Below are positions 1 to 12,100 of a stretch of 64,000 bases of DNA, piece after piece. Made by a program: the position numbers and the translations under genes. The first letter of the stretch is position 1, and every line of letters starts with the position of its first letter. This DNA is from Phoronis australis (taxonomy: Eukaryota > Animalia > Phoronida), in contig NMRA01000050.1 of assembly GCA_002633005.1 (NCBI GenBank), forward strand, positions 451,353 to 515,352, read 5' to 3'. The notes beneath the pieces are model-generated. The model ran no database searches and was not told where the DNA came from. It worked only from the letters and a program-made list of their open reading frames with translations.

Positions 1-1940
1 ATCAGCAGAATTGAGGAATTTCAAGTAGTGCAAATAGTAAATGACTGCCTTGAACCATGTCGAGTGCTGAGTAACGATCAACGATCATGTACAAATAATA
101 ACGATTGCTCTGAGAAATCTGAATAGATGCATGAGGCGCATGTTGTGAATTGCCCCAACTTCTTATCTTAAAATGAAGAGTTAGTTTGATTGCAGAAACC
201 ATCAAGCACGATGTTATCTATTAAAAATGTTCTTCTCTTGGTTTTCATTTGAATAAATCAAAACGAAAAAAAAAATTATCGCACTTGAGATTTAGCTGTC
301 CAGGACACTACATTTGGGTGTTTCCAATATCGAAAAGGGGTTGCTTAGAGACCGCACCCTGTTGACGTCATTTGGATGTTTAAACGCTGGATTAAAACAT
401 AACGGTTTTCTTGTGAACATCGGTTTCAACTTTCGAGTTTCTTGAACAATCTAAAATAATTTTTTATCAAAAAATCCAAACATTTCGTGATAGATATGCA
501 AACATAGACTGTCCGGTCCGTTTTGTAATACGGAAAACTACGTCGTGTGGTCAACGGGTGAAGATCTTTCAGTGCTATGATGCTTCAACTAATGAAACGT
601 GGGGAGTGAGATTTCAAAGAACGATGTTGAGTTATTTTCCGTGTTTGAGAATCTAAACTTGGGATGGGCACAAAACGACTTTTAAGAATTAAAGATGTTC
701 ACAGTTAACAGAACATGGCAATAGTCTCGTTCTCGGTCATATCTAGTCGCGTCGTGAATAATCTGTTTATTCGGAAAGATATAGCACTTGTATTATCTTA
801 TCTTTTCGTTTCTATTGAGATCATCACTACGCATATAAAACATATTCAGGGAAGACCCAAGACACTCTGACACACGAAACGATGCAATAAGGCGTCATCA
901 CACCTGGTTTTAGTGAGACTTGAGGTTTTTTGAAAACACTTGACATTTGAGTGCGCGTTACATTATCATGGGCTTTCACTTGCAAAAAACCTGCTAAGAA
1001 TATAAATCTTTAGTATTTTTTTATTTAGAAGTCTATATTTTCTTCAAAGCATTCCATGTAAAATTAACCAAATTGATATATTCCCCGTAAGTGGGTATTT
1101 TCACGTTTACTATTGGTAAACACTCGAGATATAATGTACAAATAAAGGATGGTATGACATCTGTTGGCTTATCTCTTTACATCGTGTTCTTATCAAGAAT
1201 TATATTTTTGTATTTATGATTGTTGATTAAGTTCTAAGATTTCGTTTGTATAAAGAATTACACGTTCTCGTTCTCGTGTATTGGACATCCCATGGCTGCG
1301 TTGTGCAATTTTGTGCGGAAATCTATGAAATACGTGTAAAATCTGTTAAAAAATAAAATCTTTCGCTGAATCTATTGTCAATTGCTAAACCCCACTGTTT
1401 ACTACTAAACAAGTACACGATCGTTTATCTATCGTCCTCGGGATAAATTAAGTTCATTATCTTTTCTCGTTTGAAAGGTCCTTCGATAACAAAATACAAT
1501 AAATCTTTTATTTATGGCTTTAGTATTTTAGTTTAGTCAATTTTTCAAAAGGACATGTTGACTTTTTAGAACAAAAATCAACTATTAATGGGTCTAATCT
1601 GAAATGTTATGACTTGTGATCTAACGTGTCAAATTGCATTTGTCTGGTTTTTCAAAAGGGTTCGTCGATGTTTTGAGTTTGCTTTGGAGCCCGCCTGAAA
1701 AATGGACTTATAATTCAGTAATTTTAAGCTGCGTGTTTGTCTTTTCGGCGTTTAAATGTGGAGATTTAACTCTGACCCCTGATCAATGAATTGACAAATT
1801 GAATTGAATACATTTTACATTTTATCTTGTTTTTGATTCGATCAGATGATGATATGTGAACGCAACATTCGATCCAGTACTACGAAAGAATAATTGCTTT
1901 TGTTTACAAAACCAACCTTCAAATTATGAATGTGTAAAGA

Positions 1941-2003
1941 GGCGGCAATTGTGGCCTAGTCGGTTAGCATTCGTTTCCTTTACTCGGGAGTTCGAGACCC
2001 TCT
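1941..2003 (+). mobile_element. tRNA-derived SINE head / degenerate tRNA-like sequence
   Basis: Pol III A-box-like TGGCCTAGTCGG (1952) and B-box-like GTTCGAGACC (1990); spacing too short and no acceptor stem for an intact tRNA. Confidence 0.4.
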
Positions 2004-2093
2004 GGAGCACACTGTTAGAACCTAAAATCAGGACTCCAGCTCCGCAGCTCGGTTCTAAATATGTATATTAATAAAACATAAAAACGTTTCCAG

Positions 2094-2129
2094 GCCATCA
2101 ATGCAATGGGCCCACGTCTGGTACAACTC
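2094..2129 (+). CDS. candidate 36-nt micro-exon (HQCNGPTSGTT)
   Basis: tttccag acceptor, gtaatt donor, phase 1-1, compatible with exon at 3078; no domain support. Confidence 0.3.
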
Positions 2130-3077
2130 GTAATTATATTTATGCTAATGTGTATACAGTGTGTCAATATTGCGATTGTTCGATACCTCTTCATTAAATC
2201 ATTGCTTTGTAAATATCTCTCAAAGACAAAATTTAAGCCCTTACGGCAATCAAATTCTACTTTTTGAATTAAAAAAAGGTTGAATCCAGTAGTTAGCAAA
2301 CCACGTGTAAGAAAATACTGGAGGAACTTTTCAGCAGCTAAGTAAGAGAATTCCTTATCATAATATATAGTAAGCTAAGACGATCAATGAAAACAATGCA
2401 AACAGCATTATCAGAAATAGCAACAGGTTATCCTTGCTTATCAAATTTTATAGACCCATACCTCGCTAGGAGAGCAACGCAGACATGTTAAAACTGGGGA
2501 TAATAGTTACTATGTATGTTTGGCGTAAACTCCTAGCATCACGAGCAATAACTAAAGTTTAAATTGGAAAAGGGGTTTGATATTTAATAAAATTTGTCGT
2601 GGGTGGTTTTAATGAATACAAATTAAAGGATTATTGTTTATTAAATGCTCACTCTGGAATGGTTTGCACGCGTCTTGTCTTGATTGATTATCGGACATAA
2701 AAAGTAGCCTTCGGTTTAACGTTGCTCTTTAGTCTACGAAGCGATTGATCATACACGATGATTGACACTAAAATTACTCTAAACCACTTGCTTTTTCAAA
2801 ACTTTCAGTTTGTAATGTTTCAGCTGTCCATTTTGCATCCCCCTAGCCCAATTCAAAATGAAAACAAATATAAGGCTGTTTTGCGTGATCATGGAATAAT
2901 GGACCTACATTGATCCGGAAACGAAAACGTAGATGTAAAATGAGCTCGACGATTTCCGGTACTTTCATGGCACAGTCGGGACATGTATTCATTATGAAAC
3001 CAAAACCAATAGAAATGTGTCTCGGCGACTTCACAATCTCTGTATGATTTAAGCTATTCTCCATCTTTCTTTTTTAG

Positions 3078-3153
3078 CTGTCAACGGGCTTTGCAAACCG
3101 CGACAGGCACCTAAAAACGGTGTCATAGATTGCTACGAAGACGGACTGTACCT
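3078..3153 (+). CDS. exon 1: Sushi 1 N-half ([24 protein letters not shown])
   Basis: tttttag / gtgagt; phase 1-2; C-x-P-x-x-x-P-x-NG Sushi motif. Confidence 0.85.
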
Positions 3154-6100
3154 GTGAGTTTAACAAAATCAGAAATTTTGTTCTTAAAATCCTTTCCATA
3201 GACCTGTGGTAAGGCTACTCATTTGCAATTCGTTTCACTCTTCTATAATCAGCTTTCTTCTCTTCAAAGGACGTAATTCACATTTTATCGTATTTACTAA
3301 AGCCTATTCATGATCTTAATTGGCCGACTTATAATTAATTACATTAGTCTCTGATGTCATAAGCCGAACTTTTTCCAGAGAGCATTTTAACGCTTTGGTC
3401 GCTTTTACAGATGCCCACTGTGTTAGTCTATCACTAGCCCGCATTTCATTAACTCTGCACTTAAGAAACACTACGCAATGTTCTCTGAGTGGAGTTCGGA
3501 TAGAGTAGGCTTTGCTTTCAACATAATCTTCTCAACCTTTTATGGTATGGTCGCGTGACAAATCTTGTACGCCGATGAAAGCAGTACATATTACGTAATA
3601 AAAGTGTGTAAAATACAGCAAGAGGAACGCCGATATAAATTTGTAATCAAAACCAAACATTTCGAGTGCAGAAAGATCAGTGCTCTGGCAAAACGATGGT
3701 TTCTTGTTAGAATTGGATAACGAGGTTCGTCTTGATATATTTCATACACTTCCATTCAGTTTGTATCGGTGGTACAGACTTATAACGGTTTTTGATTAAT
3801 ACGACGTGGCATTTTACTATCCCATTTTTGTTGACGGTCAAAGAATGCGCACTTTCGCTCCCTTTTTAATCCTCTTATTGAAAAAAAAAAAAACAATAGA
3901 AAACGAGAATCTCTACAAAGCCACTACATTGTCCACTCAAAACAACGACTAGAAACTGAAGTTTTTGAATATTAATTCACTAGCTCAGCATATGTTCCTC
4001 TGTCTAATGAATTCACTTTTGGTTGCATCCAGAACTTGCGAAGCCAGGTGTAAAAACGGGTACAGGTTCCCTACTGGTCAAGGGGAGATTATTGACGACT
4101 GCGACCAATACGACGGGACGTGGCTGGATAATATTCCCTTTCCGGAGTGTATATGTAAGCGTTCTAGTACGCCTAATTTGCATTCAATGACAAGAGCATG
4201 GAGTGTGTCGAAGGTTGACCAAGGCACCGGGTGTCCTATCCTGGTATCTGTCTTGCGATGAGCGAGCGTCAGTTATACATGTATCTTGACACGTTTCTCC
4301 TAGACATAAGCCATGGACGTACGCCCGGGACGTACGTCAATGAAGATGAGCCTCCATGTTCTTGTTGATGCTAATTTATGCAGAAAAAAAATACGTCTGC
4401 ATTATAAATGTATTTTCGACATTGCGTTTTTTAATTGAAAGCAAAATCTAAATCACACGTAGACATGCGCGCACCAGCCTAAAATATAGGGGGCTCGAAT
4501 TGTTCGATATGCGGACCTTTTACTGAAAAAAATCAAACGAGGACTAAAAAAAGGGGCCACTTGGTTCAGGCCTGCCAATCGTGCATCCGCGCCGAATTCT
4601 TTTGGACTTTGTGGACTTTTGTCTCATTTACTCGGCCGGACTTTTTGTTTCACTGAGGCGTTTTTGCCCAACATTAATTCGCCAAATTGGGGGGGGGGGG
4701 GNNNNNTCGTTCGAGTCTCCCGAGCTCCCCCCAACTGGGTTCGCCCATGGTAGATGCTATTGGCTACGGAGTTTAGTTTCGCAGAACGCACACTGTTTGC
4801 TTTCAACCAAAAAATGCAATTTCAGTAGGCCTATATGCCATAGTAACGTATTCTGACTAACACACTGTTTCATGTACATATAGGCGTTGTGAGGCTTCTT
4901 GTAAAGACGGCTTTAAGTTTCCAACAGGCCAGCTGTCTATTGTGGATGACTGCGACGATTATTCTGGGGAATGGCTCGACAACGTACCAATTCCTGACTG
5001 CATTTGTAAATATGAAATCATCCCTTCACTCCAGTCAAACCCTACGCCGGTCCCAGGTTTCGGTCCTGATTCAGTAAAATACCACGTAGATTATATTTTA
5101 CCCTTGATCACAAACCTTTAGTCAAGTAGATGAGGTCGTGGTTAGTTATCAATAGTGTCAGAATTATCAAATTTGATGGGTTATTGTGGTACAGTTTCCT
5201 GCCAGAATGAGTGTGGCCAAGAACGCAATTATTACAAAACGACCACAAGATGTCTCTGTGTTTCATAAAAATTGGTGGACGTGACTCGGCTGCGCTCTTA
5301 CTTTTGCAGTTTCGGGACACGTTTTTTGAATACGAGGACCAACAATAGCACGATAACAGTCTGGTATTAATTAAGCCCCACCTAAATTTCTTACTTTTCA
5401 ACTTTCGCTGTTTTGTTTTTCGCCGTGGTTCTGTGTTTCTTCTAAGTGCCAGTTAAATTCATTGATTTGCTGTCGATGTCCTGCATCGTCTTCGATGATT
5501 GTCTGAAAGTTAGTGGGCCAGTGTTGTTGCTTCCTGTTACTAGGGCAGTCTCGATCTGACTTGTCTTGTTCTGTTCTCGTTGTTAGCTACTGGGAAATGC
5601 CAGGAGCCAGGCGACCCCAAGAACGGCAAGGTCTCGTGTATAGCAGACCACTTGAAGACCGAGTGTACTGTTCGCTGCATTGATGGTGAGCCAGTTATCT
5701 TAGAGTTATTGATCACCTTTGCCTACCGTACTCAATTTTTCTTCTAGTGTGAAAGTTGTATAATGGTCCTAGATTCGATAGTAAAGCCATTTCCACTGAC
5801 AATATTTATTTTCATTATTCAGTGAAAGTTGTAGTTACGCAGTGGTTCTCAAATCGGGGACTTTTACATGTTGCCAGATTGTTTTTTTGTAAACAAACCT
5901 AAGGAAAAACGAGAATTGACTATGCTGGTGTGGTATGTATATCTAATAATGTAAACCTTTTTAGAACTGGTGTAAGGATTTTATCCTGCAATTGGTCAAG
6001 ACTTTTCCGTACTCAGACATATAAAACATCACAGTCCAAAGCAATTTAGCTGTGTAAATGCTTTCAACCTAAAGTTGATGCTAATCTTGAGAGGGATCAT

Positions 6101-9100
6101 GGGCATGACATCACTTCCTGTGAGTCATTGTAGGAGTGCTTATAATAGATTGCTGGAAAGATTAAGAAACTCAGCATATCCATAAATTGGCATTTATAGC
6201 TGAATGCATTACAGCGTTCTGTCATTCAGTAACTTTTCCAGACGTGAGGGGTGCTGAACGTGCGATAACACCTGGCTCTTTTGTTAACTGCCCATCTCAG
6301 TCTTTTGTCCCATGTGATAACAAGCAGGCCAATTATCTCCCAGGCTTCAAAGGAAACGTATGGTGGTTGCACGCTATTACAGAATGCGTATGAACACAGT
6401 CAAACCCAGTGCGTTGGTAATCCGTTTGGACAGAATAGATTGTCTTAAAATATGTTGTAGTTTGGCGATTTTGGTGATTCAAAAACGGAACATGATCAGC
6501 ATTTGAGGAATTTAGAAATGCTACTGGTTTAAGCTTAAATATGTTATAACTTAACTTTCATTTTTATCAGCCCAGCCCAGTCAGGCTAGATACGATCTGA
6601 TCGGTGATTAGAGCAATTATCGAACATAAGAGTGCAGGCCCTCCGACCCTAAATGCCAGAATGGAGTTAATAAGTCGTGTAAGATATTGCCTATGGGGGT
6701 AAACTTCCATACTCGTTGTTTGGCTATAGAATCGAACAAGTTGGGAGCAACGGGATGTCGCTGTCATGGATCTGAGCTTGGGTAATGCAAATTCGTGGGC
6801 AGGGTTTCATTGCCCGTTGAGCACATATTTGGGCCAATATAATGCTACTTTGGTCCAATCCAGTGGAATGGGTTTTGTACTTCTGCAACCCAGTCAGTGA
6901 TTCGCTATCATTTCAAAGTGTTGTTATCCCTTTGCTCTGCAGGCCATGAATTCGAGTCTCCACCGGCACCTAAGTACATATGTAATCACCGAGGGGAGTG
7001 GTCACCATCACCAAACATACCCGGTTGCAAACCCAATGTTGTCATCATCCCAACGCCGACGACGGCTTCACCAATTCCTACCACAATTGGAACACCAAGT
7101 GGGTGAACGTTCTCTTTGTTCTTTGATCCATTGTTATCAACATGCGGCTGTTGTTATGTAGAAACGCTGAGTAGACTTCAATTATTTTTTCAAGGTACCC
7201 AAACCTACCATTTCATGTAATGTTTAATTTCTCATAGATTTGTTTTGTCCAATCATGCAGTTTGTAACTTGAGTTTAATTAGTTTAATAATCTTTTCAGA
7301 CCTGATAAACCGAAACTTTCCCTTAACCTCAGCAGTGTGCTGTCATGTAACCTGTGTTTACTTTGTTGCATCTTTAGAGTGTGCAAATTTCGTAGAACTG
7401 TCTCTCATATTGACCTGTTACTCATCTGCCGACCAGCTCACCCAGTTGTCACGACGGAAGCCTGGTGCGCTGCCTGGGGTCAGGATCACTATCGTACATT
7501 CGACAGTAAAGTGTACGCATACCAAGGCCAGTGTACCTACCTTTTGGCCAAGGACTGTGACTACAGCACCTGGGCCATACATGTCATCAATGATATGAAG
7601 TGCAAGCCTGAAGCGCCATGCAAGAGGGAGATGGATATCTACTTCGGTGACATGAAACTGGAAATGAGAGTGAGAGGAAAGAGGGTCATAGCCAAACTTG
7701 CTGGCAAGGTAATATTGGACTATAATTTTTAGATATGGCTACAAAGATTAATAAAGTGAGGCGTCCTTTCTTTAGCTTTAATACAGAACAAGCGTGATAT
7801 TGATGAAATGTGAAGACTTGAGCAGTGAACATAAGTTTGCTTTGTCTTTGATTTTGATGAATTATCTAATGATAGCTGTGCTGTACTTCAGATGTACATA
7901 TATGTATAGCACCTCCAGAACAGTTAAGTATAAAGACGGGTTATAAGTACTGTACTACGACATTGAAGAGAGGATCTAAAGTTTTAAGAACCTTTTGCAT
8001 AGTTGTGTCCATATTAAGCTTTAAGCAAGCTCTGTTGAAGGACACTTGTGTCCGCATTCTTTATTTATGTTAGATGCAAATCTGGTCCAAGTTTACAACA
8101 TAATACATAATATGCATCAGGACTCAACTGCACATATGCTTATGCTGGAGTGACATCTTCAGGACTCAATTGCACATATGCTGGAGTGACATCTTCAGGA
8201 CTCAACTGTACATATGCTGGAGTGACATCTAAATAGTTTGAGAGCAGAACGAGTTTCCTCATGAGAGCGCTTGTGTGCTAAGGATCTTATGTGACTTATC
8301 TGAATGCATGCATTTCTATGGGAAGGTCCTTAGCTTCACTTGCAACACCTGGAGAATTTCATGGTTGGCTATTGCATCTATCATGGGTGAGGTCTTAGCT
8401 GTAATGTCTGGAGTCATCCTGGAGCAACTCTCTCACTATATACCTACATCAGATTAAATGTTTATGCGTGTGTTTCTCTTGTAGGAGATAGAGGTCCCTA
8501 GTGTCAACTCTGGTGTCATTCTGGAGCAGGTCTCCCAATATATTTACATCAGGTCAAACTTGGGCTTCAAGGTCAAGTGGGACATGAAGGAATCCATCTA
8601 TGTTGAGGTATGCTCATCACACCCGTGGGAAAGCATGAAGCTGGGCAGGGCAATGGGTACTCTAATTTTACGCGTGATCACTCTTCTTGAGATGTGTTCA
8701 TTCAGTCACCCATTAATTCCACTCCTTGACAATCAGAAAATGTGCAGTTTGATGATCGAATGGTATACCAAGTAATTATGTGCTAGTTTATTCAAATAGT
8801 GTATCTGATATTGACGTTGAAAACATTTAATATTAAAAGACACTTGATGTATAAGTGATGTGTCGTTTACACTACATGTCATAGTTCATAAATTTTTGGT
8901 TGCCCGGTTGGAGATAATTTGGGGATGGGTCTTCCACCAAGTGACTATGAGTAGAAAACCTATGGTCTGCTAGGGGTCGATAATTTGTTCTTGTAAGTTA
9001 ACACACTTTAGAATTGGTTTCCTAGGTAACATCCTCCATGAAGAACAGGACTTGTGGTCTCTGTGGTCGCTATGACGACAACGCAGCCAATGACTTTGAA

Positions 9101-12100
9101 AGCATTACCGGCAAAGTTGAGCACTCAGTGCATGCCTTTGCCAAGAACTGGAAGATGGAGGGTCTGAATGGAAGTATGGCTTTTGATTATCACCTTGAAT
9201 GTCACAGTTACGAAACAAAGTTATCTAATGATGGTAAAGAATTTTGAAGCAAAAATAATCCCTGAAATTGAATGTAGTCCCCATTTGATGGGAGAAACAA
9301 GGGACTTTGATACCAAATAAGTGGTTTTTTGTATCGTTAATTTTTAACAATAAATGACATTCTCAAAATTTTCAAAACATCCATACATTTTTAATTAGTC
9401 ACCTTGATAAGCATTTAAAGTTGATTATCATTCTGTTTACAGTATGTCCGGACAAGATTGGTGAGAGTCCGTGTGATCGGTCAACACCAGAGGGTGCTAT
9501 CGTCGCAAGACGTGCTGACCAACAGTGCAGCCGATTGAGGGGACCGCTGTTTGGTGCCTGCAATTCGGTGAGACATGATGTTCTTTGCTTGCTAAACTCC
9601 TATCAAATTACATTACTAGATAATGATGATGAAAGAGCCATCTGCTTATAAGAAATGCATACATTCAAGTCTCCCCTATCCAGTGGATGACTCCCATTCC
9701 GTTGAACAGCTTTCGGTACTCTGTCTGTTCACACCACAAGAGAGGACTGTTTTTTCCTTAGCACAACAGTGATTATCTAGTCTTGAAAATGGCAATTTCT
9801 GCTCTGCAAACATGTTATAGAAATGGGAGACGGGATTTTATTGCCAAGGGAAGCATTATTTAAGTTGGTCAACATTGGACAAGCTTCATTAAATCTGTGC
9901 TTTAAGAGCGAGGTATTGTCTGGTTTCTTTTCGGAGCATTTAAATTCATTCCTCTATTCCGCTTTAGATTCCTATTCCATTAAAACTTGTTACCGTGTCC
10001 TTTACAGGTAGTGGATCCTCAGCCTTACATTGAAGCGTGCAAGGTAGACTACTGCTCGTGTGACTCTACAACTCGCACGGACTGTGTGTGTAACACATTC
10101 GAGGCATATGCTAGAGCCTGTCTCAAGGCAAAGATCACCCCTGACTGGAGATCTCCTAGCCTCTGTCGTAAGCTATTCGTTAATTTTACATGAAACTCTG
10201 AATTCAGTCTGATACTTGGTCATTCTTCCTAAAGTTTTAGTATGTCGCTGTAGTGCATGTGGTGTTTTAATATATTTCTTGATAATCAGAATATTTTGAG
10301 TTAAAGGTACAAAATCTGAAACTTGTGGAGTTAGAAGTCCCTGTTACCATAGTTCAGTGCAAGAAAGTGCTCATACTTGATTTGTTTAATGTTACTGAAT
10401 TGATTTCAAATTGTTTTAGATAAAAATGTAACCTTCAGTTCAAACATTTAAATGTAACCTCCTTAATGGGACCATGTCTTTGAGCTAATTTAAGTTTAAT
10501 TTTATGATTCTCATATCAACGCTCTCCTCCTGTTTACTGTTGGTGTTGCCTGTAGCATACTGCCCTCTATTGTATATGTTCATTCTTCAGCTGCCAACTG
10601 TCCTGTTACCATGGTACCCAATGAGTGTGGATCAGCCTGTCCTAGGACGTGTAAGAACACTATCTACACATGTGACAATGAACATTGTGTCGATGGCTGT
10701 CATTGTCCTGCTGGGTGAGTACAACTCTTACTAATTTCATGACGCCCTGGTATCTTGGAAAATCTGCAAAATGCCGAACATTTTTTCATTCATGAAAAAA
10801 TAAATGGAAAACATAGGTCATGGAAATGTCACAGAATATTTCTTTAAGAGGTTGTAATTCCGCATCACAGAAACCAACTTAGATCACTTGTCGTTAGGAA
10901 ATTGTCTCAAATTGTTCTGTAGTAAGTTGGATGTGATTATAATGCTTGGAAAGAACTAATATGTGTTTATTGCTTGAGATTATGCTGTACAAGCTGGCTT
11001 GTCACTCAACATGGTGTCATGAAATAACAAACTGTCAGTTCTTTGTAAGCCCAGAAAGCACTTCTATTGACTAAGGATGAAGTTGGCACCAATTCTAGAT
11101 GGGTAAAGAGACCTTACATAGAGCAAGGGTTTATAGTCACTGTAAAGTAAATGAACCTGCTGGAGGTTGTCATATCGAGTAGTCAGCCTAACTGAGTTGG
11201 TAGCCATATTGAGTTGTCAGCCATACTTAGTAGTCATTCAATTTGGCTTGGCAAAAATTAGTTGGACATAATAGTACATTGTTTAATATTTTGTGGAAAT
11301 AATAGTTCAATGTAACAAAATAGTTATTTGAAAGCATGATGGTCAAGTAATTAAAATAATTAACAGTCTGTCTAGCTGCATTTTCATTCTGTTATCCATA
11401 TCATACGTGTACTATAGACAATATAAACAATGTAGTATAACCATACCTGCTTTCCAGAACCGTCTTGGATGGCGACCGATGTATCAAGCAGGAGGATTGT
11501 CCTTGTGAACACCAAAACAAAGAGTACAGAGCGGGTGATAGTGTGCGCAAAGACTGCAACACCTGGTCAGTAGTCCCTTGTAGTTAATAGCTTTCTGTTG
11601 ACACTATTGTGTTACCTGCTACAATATTTTATTAACACACTTTGCATTGTAATGTAGTACTTTTTAATATATGATAATTTTATTTGACAACAGTGTCGTA
11701 TAATGTAAAACAGTGAGGTGCACGTTTTTGTACAAAACTGAACTTCTGGCTACAGTTGATTAAAGTTATAACCAGTATTTCCATATGCATGGTTAAACAC
11801 AACTGGGATACAAGTCAAGTCTATCTTAGTCATCCCAACTCTCCAACTGTGCATTGTTAAACACCTGACATACATCCAGTAGCACAAATCTATGAAGTAC
11901 CTTTAGATATCGTAATTCTAACTTTGCTCTCTCGATGGCAGCACGTGCAAGGGAGGGAGATGGGAGTGCACTGACAAGGAGTGTGAGGCCATCTGCTATG
12001 CCAGCGGCGACCCTCACTACAAGACTTTTGATGGCAAACGCTACAGTTTCATGGGCGAGTGCTCCTATTACATGATGTACGACAACGACTACAAGATCAT

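Noticed and set aside
832-920. TATA-like TATAAAA followed by a possible first exon
   Set aside because: AT-rich background makes the motif uninformative; no start codon or signal peptide can be linked to it
1941-2003. Functional tRNA gene
   Set aside because: A/B boxes are present but the anticodon arm and acceptor stem cannot be formed; kept only as a SINE-like remnant
4195-4275. Possible Sushi N-half exon ([12 protein letters not shown]...) between exons 2a and 2b
   Set aside because: Would need a ~40-nt intron with no pyrimidine tract, and the junction creates a TAG stop; lacks the P-x-NG motif
5840-5975. hAT-like terminus CAGTGGTTCTCAAA
   Set aside because: No convincing matching right TIR or TSD nearby
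6576-6897. 9-bp direct repeat CCCAGTCAG flanking ~300 bp of higher-GC sequence
   Set aside because: No TIRs or poly-A tail seen; could be chance, insufficient to call an insertion
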